From a virus, in IMG/VR virus record IMGVR_UViG_3300025000_000005, positions 26,779 to 90,778 of that record: 64,000 nt of DNA. The stretch is one strand, 5' to 3'. Below are positions 37,432 through 46,238 of this stretch, piece after piece. Each line of letters begins with the position of its first letter. Within the stretch, counting starts at the first letter, position 1. Position numbers and translations under genes: made by a program. The notes below the pieces were generated by a model. That model worked only from the letters and a program-made list of their open reading frames with translations, was not told where the DNA came from and made no database searches.

Positions 37432-39042
37432 TCAGCCCGTAGTGAATTCGAGTTCCATGAAGTAATTCCGGCCATCGAAGGGATGGATATCGCGGTATCC
37501 AAGGCCCCAGAGGGTGGAAGACTTTTGAAGATCTTTTTGAACAGGGTGGGTAAAGGGGATCGGGGGGATACAATCGCCGACCACGTACCCGGCCTCACCA
37601 ACGGACGTACCGATACCGTAAGCAAGGGAGTGCATGGACGTTGCGGTCGGGTCCTCGTAGGCATCCCACATGCCGTACATGCGGCCGATGTAGTGCGGTT
37701 GGGCCTGTCGGACATAGCCGGGCGCCGGGGTAAAGAAAGGCGCGGGCAAGTATTTCACGATGCTGGCCGAATCGGAGTCAAAAACGACACCGGACAGACC
37801 AGCGATACCGGTGCGGTTCATTATTTCGGCGTCCATCTCAAGCAATGCCAGTCGAAGCGTTTCGTAATGCTGGCCTACGGTCAACCCTGAGGGGACATCG
37901 ATATCCCACTGCTTCGTGCCCTGCGCATAAAACCGCATGTCGTTCAGGATCTTGCGGTCACGCTCAGCGGCCACGAAGTTCCGGATGCCGGTCATGGCCA
38001 TACCTTCCATGTTCAGGTTGAATTCCCGCTTCATGGCCCAAAGCGCCTGGATGGAACTCCAGACATTTATTGCCATTTCGTGGGGGTAGACGACCTTGGA
38101 AAGCATGGTGTGATCGATCACCGGGATAAGCGTGGGGTCGGTCTCGATGTCGATATCGACACACACATGAACCTCGACACCATCGGCAGGGGCAGTTGAG
38201 AAGACGGGGGTTACGACACCGGTGGAGTAGGTGACGGATCCGGTAACGGTTACAAGGGTTGCGCCAACATAAAATGTGCCGTGCAGACTGCCCTCACCAT
38301 CGTCTACGGCAACGAGGTCCCTGTCATGCAGAATTTTGACACGCTTCGGCTTGATTGGTTGGGCCTCACCGATGTCGGTGGCCGCGCTGAACTGGAAGTA
38401 GTTTGCGGTCGTACTATCCGCACCGCCCACCTCGGTACCGTCGCCGGTATCGGTCAGGTAGCGCTGGTCCATGGAAGAGTACTGACCATTAAAATCATAG
38501 CCGATTACGTCACCAGTGGTCAGATCCCCGAAAGTGGACCCTGCTGTGCGCTTTACTTTGAAAATCTCGGACTGGTTGAAGGTCCCGGGGATATGGGTAA
38601 CCATGCGGGACGTGATACTTTGCAGAAGGACGGGAAGAACCAGGGCGACCATGCGGTCTCGCATCATGACACCCTCAGTGGTGCTTAAACCAGAGGACTC
38701 CAAGATGGCGGCGGCCAGACCCGGCATGTTATCCGGGGGGAGAAGAAGGTTTTCGATCGCCATGTGCGCTGACGCCAAGAGGTCGGGCGACGGGAATCTG
38801 CCATACGTGTTGCGGTAGATGCTAACGGCGTTGGCCGCGACACCCTGAATCGTAGCGGCGCCCTTACCGGCAGACTCGAATATGGTGTGTTTGGTCACCT
38901 TTTCCAGACGCTCACAGCAGGTCGCGCTTTCCGCGATCAGTCCGCCAGTGCTCTCGTCAATCATCGGCAGGATAACCGCCTCGGCCATCGCGGACGACCG
39001 CTCCTGAATTACCTTCATACTTTTTTGATACTGCTCTTTCAT
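37432..39042 (-). CDS. 23: Major capsid protein
   Basis: Start ATG 39042 (RBS AGGAG). PDLLASAH..EN, AGSTFG, LIPVIDH, GDCIPPIPFTHP, TLWG..DIHP.DG match recalled P1 gp23. Confidence 0.93.
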   Translation of the reverse strand: MKEQYQKSMKVIQERSSAMAEAVILPMIDESTGGLIAESATCCERLEKVTKHTIFESAGKGAATIQGVAANAVSIYRNTYGRFPSPDLLASAHMAIENLLLPPDNMPGLAAAILESSGLSTTEGVMMRDRMVALVLPVLLQSITSRMVTHIPGTFNQSEIFKVKRTAGSTFGDLTTGDVIGYDFNGQYSSMDQRYLTDTGDGTEVGGADSTTANYFQFSAATDIGEAQPIKPKRVKILHDRDLVAVDDGEGSLHGTFYVGATLVTVTGSVTYSTGVVTPVFSTAPADGVEVHVCVDIDIETDPTLIPVIDHTMLSKVVYPHEMAINVWSSIQALWAMKREFNLNMEGMAMTGIRNFVAAERDRKILNDMRFYAQGTKQWDIDVPSGLTVGQHYETLRLALLEMDAEIMNRTGIAGLSGVVFDSDSASIVKYLPAPFFTPAPGYVRQAQPHYIGRMYGMWDAYEDPTATSMHSLAYGIGTSVGEAGYVVGDCIPPIPFTHPVQKDLQKSSTLWGLGYRDIHPFDGRNYFMELEFTTG

Positions 39043-39265
39043 GAGAGGAATCTCCTGATTTGGGGTTAATCCCGCCGGGCACCTCTGCATTTTGAGGTAT
39101 TCGTGTAACCGGCTATGTCAAAGAACGATCTCTTTTTCCGTAAAGATTTAAAGAAATCTTTACATGCAAGAAAAAAAGAAAAATTTATTTCTTTATCTAT
39201 CTACACAAAAAAAAGCGTTTTGCAAGCAAAAATTGTGCCCATCGTATATTTTGTTAAAAATCTGG

Positions 39266-39469
39266 CTATGCAACGACAGATCCAACGTGGGACGAATCCG
39301 TCACGACCTCGGAGTTTTCAATAATTTCATCTATTATGCCCTGGCAAAACGCAATACGCGCCTCGCGTGCATACGCCTCGGAGTCAACACCATTTTGTAT
39401 CTGCGTATGGTCAAGTTGATCAAGGTATGCCGCTATCCTGTTTGCCATACTTACGGCTGACATTGCCAT
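39266..39469 (-). CDS. Small hypothetical protein after the spike gene
   Basis: 67 aa, TAATG-coupled to gene 5. Confidence 0.55.
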   Translation of the reverse strand: MAMSAVSMANRIAAYLDQLDHTQIQNGVDSEAYAREARIAFCQGIIDEIIENSEVVTDSSHVGSVVA

Positions 39470-40182
39470 TAGTAGAGGCTCCCTTTGACTGAACGTGAAA
39501 TCATTTTGTGGGGCTTACCGGTGTAGGCACAGATGCAATGCCCCTGGACGATGCCCTTGGTGTCATCCCCTTGGGATCCATCCAGCACAACAGTACCAAG
39601 GGCGTAAGCTTTTATCCTGCCATCGGATGAGATATTCACGTTACCAGCGCTGTGAATCGTTACCATCCCGTTCGCCGCAATCTCAATTGCGGTACCGCTT
39701 GATTTCTGTGTGACCCTCACGGACGCATCCGCCGCCATTTCGAGGAGGCAACCATTTTCCTCAACTACGATGGCACCATCGTGATAACCGATAGCGGCCG
39801 GCATAGGCTCATCGGATGTCCGCTCAGGGACGTAGGCATCCCCAGCCCAGGACCCTGGTGGGAGGTTCGGTGTTCCTGACGGGCAATAATGGACGCTGCC
39901 CGTTATCCTTGGGCGCCTGCTGCTGCCATCATGCGGAAAATCAACCCACACGGTATCATCCACTCGGGCAGGGATAAAGTGCCCCTCGCCAGCCCTGCAC
40001 CCTATCGGCAACCGGTATTCCGCCCAGGGGAGATCGCTATCCGGTACGCCATCGAATAGGGGGTGAACCCTGACCTTCACGCGCATCAAGTGTTCCGGAT
40101 CCTCAACCGAAATTACGGTCCCGATATATTCCCCGGTATATTTTTTTTGCTGCTCGGACGGGATAATGAGGTCTTTTTTCAT
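39469..40182 (-). CDS. 5: Baseplate spike (gpV/gp5 OB-fold)
   Basis: GTVISVEDPEHLMRVKVRV..DLPWA..VWVDFPHDG..RPRITG; C-terminal C.YTG.PH metal-binding tip. Confidence 0.9.
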   Translation of the reverse strand: MKKDLIIPSEQQKKYTGEYIGTVISVEDPEHLMRVKVRVHPLFDGVPDSDLPWAEYRLPIGCRAGEGHFIPARVDDTVWVDFPHDGSSRRPRITGSVHYCPSGTPNLPPGSWAGDAYVPERTSDEPMPAAIGYHDGAIVVEENGCLLEMAADASVRVTQKSSGTAIEIAANGMVTIHSAGNVNISSDGRIKAYALGTVVLDGSQGDDTKGIVQGHCICAYTGKPHKMISRSVKGSLY

Positions 40183-41174
40183 ATCGGCAGTATCCCCTTC
40201 ACGCGGGTCAAATATTTCTGCTCGGTGTAATAATGGGAGGCAGTCCCAACGATGATTTTTTCAGGAAGGCTTTCGTTCAATGGGGAGTCCATCCGGTCCT
40301 GGTTCCACTTGACGGCTATGGCAATGCCTGGCCTTACCGCCCCACTACCGTTCCCGACCCAATCCACATCAGGAATGTGTACGGCTGATAGGTTATCGAG
40401 TGCTGATGCCGAATCAAGAGCGCTCATTTGTGCCGGCGCTTCGGTCCCGTTTTTCGATTTGATCACCCCACCCGTCATGCTCCATCCGCAATAGGACCGA
40501 ACCAGCTTGTCCTTTATGACCTCGCCGGTGTTCGGGCGGGAATAGGATATGATCCGGTTCGCCGCATAATTATTGTTATGCTCGTAGGTGATTGACGGGA
40601 TGGATGCCATCATTGCGGAGATACGCTTCAGATAGGCTTTCCCTCTCTGGTAATAGAACTTCGCCCCGCACTCAATGGCGAGTTGCCGAAGCATGTTACT
40701 GCGCCTCTCCCCCGGGAGAATGTGATAGTCCGGGCCGACCGCGAACCGGTCCACCTCGCACTTAACGCCCGGCATTACCCTGTTTAAAATAGTGAGGGGG
40801 GATGAGTTGGTGAACATTTGCGCCGAAACGACAGGCGCTTTTAGTGCCCATACATCCGACTGCATGCAGTTCAGTTCGATCGCCCCCGATTTATCAGGCA
40901 TGGTAATAATCGTGTATTTATCCACGACCTCACCGCTTAAAGACGGGTCATTCCAGTAATCGGCGAAGGTGATTTGGAGTTTGTTCCCGGGGGAGACACC
41001 CCAGTCATCCCGGATCACCGATTCCGGGTCCCGGATACAAAGGATCAGCTTTGGACCTGATAGGTCAAGTGTTTCGATCAGAGCCACGCTTCGGAGAAAG
41101 GAGAGATCGAATTCATGCCCGTTGCAGGTGACTTTTTGAAGGAAAAGACCCTCATGCTGGTTATAATCGGTCAT
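40179..41174 (-). CDS. 6: Baseplate hub gp6 homologue
   Basis: Start ATG 41174; IETLDLSGPKLIL..DP; synteny 7-24-6-5. Confidence 0.8.
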   Translation of the reverse strand: MTDYNQHEGLFLQKVTCNGHEFDLSFLRSVALIETLDLSGPKLILCIRDPESVIRDDWGVSPGNKLQITFADYWNDPSLSGEVVDKYTIITMPDKSGAIELNCMQSDVWALKAPVVSAQMFTNSSPLTILNRVMPGVKCEVDRFAVGPDYHILPGERRSNMLRQLAIECGAKFYYQRGKAYLKRISAMMASIPSITYEHNNNYAANRIISYSRPNTGEVIKDKLVRSYCGWSMTGGVIKSKNGTEAPAQMSALDSASALDNLSAVHIPDVDWVGNGSGAVRPGIAIAVKWNQDRMDSPLNESLPEKIIVGTASHYYTEQKYLTRVKGILPI

Positions 41175-41902
41175 TAAAAGCCCCCGATGGTGCCGCACTT
41201 AATGTCGAACCCGTACTGGATTCGCATCGGATCCACAATTTCAACGGCATCGCCAATTATGACCGGCGCCGACACATCGATTTTCCCGGTCACGGCGTAG
41301 AACCGGCCCGATTCATCGGTAATGCTGGCATCGTCAAGGATGCATGTCTTGCAGTTCTTGACCGTGGCTTTTAATTCGATGGGGTTTCCGGCGATCTCGT
41401 AGTGGATCTTGAACCGGTCTGATACAGGGGATTGGGAAACAAGCGAGAACCAGGCTATGGACATGCGATCGAGGGATGCTTTGTCCCTGGAGATAAAACC
41501 TATTTCGTAGGTGAGAGCCAAGGAAAGCATGCGGAGTCTCATATCCGTGTCATCAGCCCCGGCATAGCGCTTCACCCACTGGTTGAACGGACCATCAATA
41601 TTATCGGCGTCACTGACAAGCCCTGGCTTTCTGTAATAATAGATCACTGGGAGTTTTGCGACATTCACCCTCGCAGGGGTCGCGCCGGCGGCCGATGTAA
41701 CCGCCTTGGCATCACTGAGGTAGTTTTTTAGGAATGCGGCCACACCATCGCACTGATGCCGAAACACCTTCTGATTGCTGGCTCGGGCAATGAATTCCTG
41801 GAATTCTTTTGGGCCATTCGTGGCTGAGAAGCCGGTAAATGCGGATAGGATGTAGGTCCCAAACGCAATATCAACGGCAAAAAGCTCGCTCATCTCGTTC
41901 AT
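41174..41902 (-). CDS. 24: gp24 tail terminator homologue
   Basis: FQEFIAR..VNVAKLPVI..RFYAV; synteny. Confidence 0.72.
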   Translation of the reverse strand: MNEMSELFAVDIAFGTYILSAFTGFSATNGPKEFQEFIARASNQKVFRHQCDGVAAFLKNYLSDAKAVTSAAGATPARVNVAKLPVIYYYRKPGLVSDADNIDGPFNQWVKRYAGADDTDMRLRMLSLALTYEIGFISRDKASLDRMSIAWFSLVSQSPVSDRFKIHYEIAGNPIELKATVKNCKTCILDDASITDESGRFYAVTGKIDVSAPVIIGDAVEIVDPMRIQYGFDIKCGTIGGF

Positions 41903-42390
41903 TGGGCGTCCTTGAACTCCTCTTCGAGATCAATAAAGGGGAGCATGGAATAAACGACAGCCACCCCTGGATGTTTCGTTGCCGACACGGCACCGTCCAC
42001 ATAAAAGATTCTGCGAACCGTGCTGTCATCGGTCGAATCATACTCGTCATAAAGAAGGATGCTTCCCTTGGGCACGCTGGAGGCGCCGATCAGCATTTGA
42101 ACCGGCTGACCCTCGAACCCGGTCCAGTGCTCGCCAGCCGTGTCCATGGATACCTGAAAATCAATCGGGAGTTCGTAGGCATAGACCGGAACTGGATCTG
42201 AATAATCAATCGTTTTTTCGCTTGCCTCCATTGATCCGACATTGTCAGGCTCATCCGTAAGTTGCTCTACGGAGGCTCGGTCGGCACGGAAAAGAACAGC
42301 CTTGATAGCGGTAGGCTCAGTGGATAGAAAGGCTATCAGATCATCGGCGAGAACCTGAAAGGTCGGTCTGAAATCTCTCTGAGTTGTCAT
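41899..42390 (-). CDS. 7: gp7 head-tail connector homologue
   Basis: AVLFRA..DYSDP..VPKGSIL..VRRIFYV matches recalled gp7. Confidence 0.78.
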   Translation of the reverse strand: MTTQRDFRPTFQVLADDLIAFLSTEPTAIKAVLFRADRASVEQLTDEPDNVGSMEASEKTIDYSDPVPVYAYELPIDFQVSMDTAGEHWTGFEGQPVQMLIGASSVPKGSILLYDEYDSTDDSTVRRIFYVDGAVSATKHPGVAVVYSMLPFIDLEEEFKDAQ

Positions 42391-42528
42391 TCAGATATGC
42401 CCCCGTTTAAATTACCTTCGATATATCTTTTTTAAAGCATACCTTTTTTTAAAGCAAACTTTTTTTCTTTAAAACTTTATTTCGGGAATAGATATTGCAG
42501 TGAGCTTGTTACATATTTTTTTCTGTCT

Positions 42529-42571
42529 TGCGTATTTTTTTCTTGACAATACGCATTTGGGCATATATATT
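42529..42571 (+). promoter_or_regulatory. Sigma70 promoter with inverted-repeat operator
   Basis: TTGACA (42543-48)-17 bp-TATATT (42566-71); inverted repeat TGCGTATT (42529-36)/AATACGCA (42548-55) straddles the -35. Confidence 0.8.
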
Positions 42572-42612
42572 GAAATCAACAATGGATGAAAACTTTAACC
42601 TTGGAGGTAAAA

Positions 42613-42873
42613 ATGAAAATTTCGGAAAATGACAGAAAAAGAGCAAAGGCGATAGCAATACAAATTGAAGAAGCTCACAATCGAGGGGACATGGCGACAC
42701 GAAACCAACTCATCCCCGACCTGAAACAAATCATAGGGTATTGGCCCGCTAACGACCGCCTGACAACAAAAGAATTTAGGGGAGAATCTATCCCGCCAAT
42801 GCGCTATGTGACACCAAGCGGACATACTCATAAATTTTTTACGGCGCAAGAAAAATGGGCATGCTCGGAATGA
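42613..42873 (+). CDS. Small hypothetical protein (Acr/anti-defence candidate)
   Basis: ATG 42613 after GGAGG; 86 aa; first gene after the strong promoter. Confidence 0.7.
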   Translation: MKISENDRKRAKAIAIQIEEAHNRGDMATRNQLIPDLKQIIGYWPANDRLTTKEFRGESIPPMRYVTPSGHTHKFFTAQEKWACSE

Positions 42874-43070
42874 ATCGATACCGAGAAATAATGACCGCGA
42901 GGGAATTCTCGCAAAGTGCCGGTGAAACCAAACTTTCACCGGCATCAATAGAAATAGGCCGGAGTTACCTTGTCGCCGGGTTGTCCATCAAGGAGACGGC
43001 GAAAAAACATGCCGAAGCCCCAGAACAGGTGCGGCGGATCGTGGCGAGAATATGCCGCAAAACCCATTAA
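42870..43070 (+). CDS. TrfB/KorA-like HTH regulator (Aca-like)
   Basis: MTAREF..SIEIGRSYLVAGLSIKETAKKH..EQVRRIVARI resembles the KorA/TrfB HTH; ATGA coupling. Confidence 0.7.
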   Translation: MNRYREIMTAREFSQSAGETKLSPASIEIGRSYLVAGLSIKETAKKHAEAPEQVRRIVARICRKTH

Positions 43071-43087
43071 CGTGGAGGATTGAGACC

Positions 43088-43576
43088 ATGAATAACCATT
43101 TACCAATAAATGATATTCTAAAAATATGTACCGAGCATGCCGAGCTGATCAAATCGGAAATCAAGGCGCGTGAAACCGAGGCTATCCAGAGCAAGGGATG
43201 GCTGAGCTTTGACAAAATAACCGACATCTGTGGATATCGAGGAGGAAAACAATATTTCGCAATTGAGGGCGGGACCGCAACGGGGTTGATGGTTATAGAC
43301 GATGACAATATTTTTGTGGTGCCTGCGATTTGTGACGGTGCCGTTTATTCGTCATATCCGGACGAAGGGAGCGGCGGCATAGCACATTTGTTGCTGCTAA
43401 AAAAGCGGGAAAACGGTCAGGCCGTGAATAGGTGGTCTGTTGTGTGGATGTCAGGCGGGTGGCTCCACAAGGAAGAGTTTGAGAAACTATCGCCCGCTGA
43501 AATTGGGGACGTACTTGTTGATGAAATATTGGATGGCAAAAACGTTATTATCCCAAAGCCGCAAGGGCGGGCATGA
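43088..43576 (+). CDS. Acidic hypothetical protein (Acr/anti-defence candidate)
   Basis: ATG 43088 after GGAGG; 162 aa. Confidence 0.7.
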   Translation: MNNHLPINDILKICTEHAELIKSEIKARETEAIQSKGWLSFDKITDICGYRGGKQYFAIEGGTATGLMVIDDDNIFVVPAICDGAVYSSYPDEGSGGIAHLLLLKKRENGQAVNRWSVVWMSGGWLHKEEFEKLSPAEIGDVLVDEILDGKNVIIPKPQGRA

Positions 43577-44112
43577 CATTCCCCATGTCGGCGATAACGA
43601 TTAAGGATAGAGTAATGAAAAAATCAATTTTTGAGCATGAGCTATCAAAGGCTCAAACGCTTTATGAATACGGTAAGGACGAAGAAAAAGAATTCTGGCG
43701 GGGATACATGCGTGGAGTCCGACGCCGCTACCACGGGGAGAATTTCGAAACCGAAGCGGACCATCAAAAATGGCTAAGCCTTGTCAATGACGATTACCAT
43801 CATGAAGCCGGCCGTGGCTACCGAGCTGGCTTTTATGGCCCGGTCCGCTTGGTGACAAACCACCCCAAAGCCTCATACGGAATCCCCATATTTTGGGATA
43901 AGGATGGAGAGCCGATGGATTACGCAGAGGGGTTCACAGCTCTCCGGGATTGGTGGGGGATTGACAACATGGCCGAAGAGGCGTGGGTGTCGGTGCGGAC
44001 GGCGGAAGGGTGGTGCGCCGGCCGGATGCCGGGTAGTAAAAATTTGCTAAGGCTATTTAACGTTATGAGCTACACGGACAAGCCCAGGGATAATTCGGAG
44101 ACCTCCTCATAG
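43573..44112 (+). CDS. Two-domain protein with C-terminal XRE-like HTH
   Basis: ALRDWWGIDNMAEEAWVSVRTAEGWCAGRMP is HTH-like; N-domain has two GYxxG motifs. Confidence 0.65.
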   Translation: MTFPMSAITIKDRVMKKSIFEHELSKAQTLYEYGKDEEKEFWRGYMRGVRRRYHGENFETEADHQKWLSLVNDDYHHEAGRGYRAGFYGPVRLVTNHPKASYGIPIFWDKDGEPMDYAEGFTALRDWWGIDNMAEEAWVSVRTAEGWCAGRMPGSKNLLRLFNVMSYTDKPRDNSETSS

Positions 44113-44181
44113 GCTTTTGTTGCCATAACAACATAAATCTTTTTCTTGCAATCTTTAAATCTTTATTGCAGGGTATGGGTA

Positions 44182-44362
44182 TGCTTTTATCCCTGCTCGT
44201 GGGGTTTGTTCATGAGACGTTCCTCCTATAGAATATGTCACTATTTATTTTAAGTTTCAGTATCCTGCTCATGGGAGACGTTCATGAGACTACTTTTTGC
44301 GGGCGGAACGGGCTTTTCGGTCGAACTTCAAGTATCCTGATCATGGGGGTCGTACATGAGAC
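44182..44362 (+). CRISPR. Orphan CRISPR mini-array: 3 degenerate 37-bp repeats, 2 x 35-bp spacers (orientation tentative)
   Basis: Repeats at 44182-44218, 44254-44290 (GTTTCAGTATCCTGCTCATGGGAGACGTTCATGAGAC) and 44326-44362, exact 72-bp period. R2/R3 30/37 identical. Internal CTCATG/CATGAG stem. Spacer 2 matches gene 25 at 27/35. Confidence 0.85.
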
Positions 44363-44364
44363 CG

Positions 44365-45543
44365 TCAAACCGATAACCCAACAGCCAACTCCGCCACTTC
44401 AGCCTCGGAAAGTTTATTTTGAGCCGCGAAATCAGCCATGGCCCTCTCCTTCGGAATCTTATCCCGATAAACGGCGACCAAAAGGGCTGTATTGAGAGCT
44501 GACTTGAGCTTCTCCTTCGAGAGGTCCGCCTCAAGCTGCTTTCTTTTCTTAACCTCAACCCTGGCAGTCTTTTTAAAAACCTCCAACTCGACCTCTTTCT
44601 GCCGCATAAATTCTTTCGTTTCAGCTTCCTTCATCTTTTTCTTAAGCCCCTTATGCGCCGCCTTGTATTTCCGGTACATCTCCTTGGCGACCTTGGAGGT
44701 CGGTGCCTCCATATTGGCGCTCGATCTGGCCGCGGTCTGCAATTCGTCTTTCGAAAGAAACCGGTTCGCGACCTTGACGTCATCACCATACCCGATCTGG
44801 TCAGCCGCCTTCTTCATCTCCCCGATAACGAGCTTTTGAACCGCAGGCCCCTGGAGTGTAGCCAAGACCTTCAGGACGTGCTTACAACAGGCACCGATAA
44901 GCCTGGGGTTCCTGATCTTCGGGTATGCGTTCTCAAGCGGCGCCACTGCAAACCCGCCGATAGTTGCAACATACCTATACCAAAACTGATGCCGGCCGCA
45001 ATCACAATCGAAGGAGATTCGCCCCCCGAGAATTTTCTTGGCCGCTTCAGGGAAAGGAAGATTCCCGGTCAGGTGCTCGGTCCACTCGTCCAGCCTGATT
45101 TTTACCTGGTGGCTATCCTTTTTGCTTTCGGGACCGGACGATGTGGAGAAATGCAGTAGTACGCCGTCCCGGGAATTGAAAACCCGGTAAAATGTTGCAC
45201 GCTTGATATGATCCCGGCTTCGCTTGAGATCGGACGATAGGGAAGCGGCCATGAGCTGTGCGGCAGGCACCCCCTTCTTGGTTGATTTATATCTCTTCCT
45301 GGCGGACCGGGCTTTCCGGTCAAACTCCCGCAAATCGTCAGCCGTGAACGGGGTTCCATCCTTCTTGACACCGAAAATTAAATCGAGAGTGGCGCCGGAA
45401 GAGAGGTATTTCCGGAACTGACCGGGCGTAAGGGTACCGACAGCGGCCCGGCGCTTTTCGAGCTGCTCCTTCCTCGCCGCGTTGAACAGCTTTTCGGCCG
45501 CCCGCGCCTGCTCTTTGGATTCGATTTGTTTCATCACTGTCAC
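44365..45543 (-). CDS. 25: gp25 homologue (SWIM Zn-finger protein)
   Basis: KKDGTPFT..GRISFDCDCGRHQFWYRY..PKIRNP.L.G.CCKHVL matches recalled P1 gp25. Confidence 0.92.
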   Translation of the reverse strand: MTVMKQIESKEQARAAEKLFNAARKEQLEKRRAAVGTLTPGQFRKYLSSGATLDLIFGVKKDGTPFTADDLREFDRKARSARKRYKSTKKGVPAAQLMAASLSSDLKRSRDHIKRATFYRVFNSRDGVLLHFSTSSGPESKKDSHQVKIRLDEWTEHLTGNLPFPEAAKKILGGRISFDCDCGRHQFWYRYVATIGGFAVAPLENAYPKIRNPRLIGACCKHVLKVLATLQGPAVQKLVIGEMKKAADQIGYGDDVKVANRFLSKDELQTAARSSANMEAPTSKVAKEMYRKYKAAHKGLKKKMKEAETKEFMRQKEVELEVFKKTARVEVKKRKQLEADLSKEKLKSALNTALLVAVYRDKIPKERAMADFAAQNKLSEAEVAELAVGLSV

Positions 45544-45836
45544 AGTGCGCCCGTTTTCAGGAGTTCCAAAAGCGTAGGCGCGACGGTTGGGCCAACCACA
45601 TCAATGAGTGCTTTTAGGGATTCCATCTGTGAAGACTGTGATTTTAAGGCCACTTTTACGCCGCTTGGGTCTGTAACCTCAAAGCCTTTTATATTCTGAT
45701 CAAAAAGCCGGACATATTCGAGAGATACCTTGTGAACGACCGCATCTTTATCCGTCCACTCATGCACAGCCGATACCCTGCAGCACCCATAACAGCAGGA
45801 TAACCAGATTGCCAAAAAACAGATTGCCGTTTTCAT
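45540..45836 (-). CDS. Putative lipoprotein (spanin-like candidate)
   Basis: MKTAICFLAIWLSCCYGC lipobox-like N-terminus; downstream of the endolysin. Confidence 0.55.
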   Translation of the reverse strand: MKTAICFLAIWLSCCYGCCRVSAVHEWTDKDAVVHKVSLEYVRLFDQNIKGFEVTDPSGVKVALKSQSSQMESLKALIDVVGPTVAPTLLELLKTGAL

Positions 45837-45986
45837 GACTTCACCCCTGAGTTGCTATAACCATGCCCGTCATAGCATGGCCCAAATCTAAAGCGACTTG
45901 GCATCTCGTTGTGCCTACGAATATCAATGGAAAGTTCCATGGCTTCAACCATTCTTTTCCTGGACTCTTCTATCCATCTCACATTA

Positions 45987-46229
45987 TCATCGGGGCACGA
46001 AGGCCTTTTTGTTTCCATCAGCTTGGTTCTCCAAACGCACAAAAAGCTCACGATTCTTTTCGATCTGCCTCATAGCCTGAGCGCACGCCGACACGCAATC
46101 AACCCCAGTATCGGCGATGATTTGAGCCGCGATACGGTTCACCAAGGATTCGTATTCGCTTTTCGATCGCATCTCGTCGGCAGAGTCTTTGATTTCTTGG
46201 CCGCAACACTGGCAGATAGGCTTTCCCAT
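45987..46229 (-). CDS. Hypothetical protein
   Basis: 80 aa with CQCCG; upstream GGGGG RBS-like site. Confidence 0.5.
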   Translation of the reverse strand: MGKPICQCCGQEIKDSADEMRSKSEYESLVNRIAAQIIADTGVDCVSACAQAMRQIEKNRELFVRLENQADGNKKAFVPR

Positions 46230-46238
46230 GGCGCCCCC

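Noticed and set aside
44235-44558. ORFs 44235-44495 (+) and 44328-44558 (-)
   Set aside because: They run through the repeat array or gene 25. The repeated peptide (SILLMGDVHET/SILIMGVVHET) simply reflects the 72-bp period.
44365-45543. Gene 25 as the array's Cas/TnpB effector (basic, Zn finger, adjacent)
   Set aside because: It matches P1 gp25 along its length and shows no RuvC motifs.
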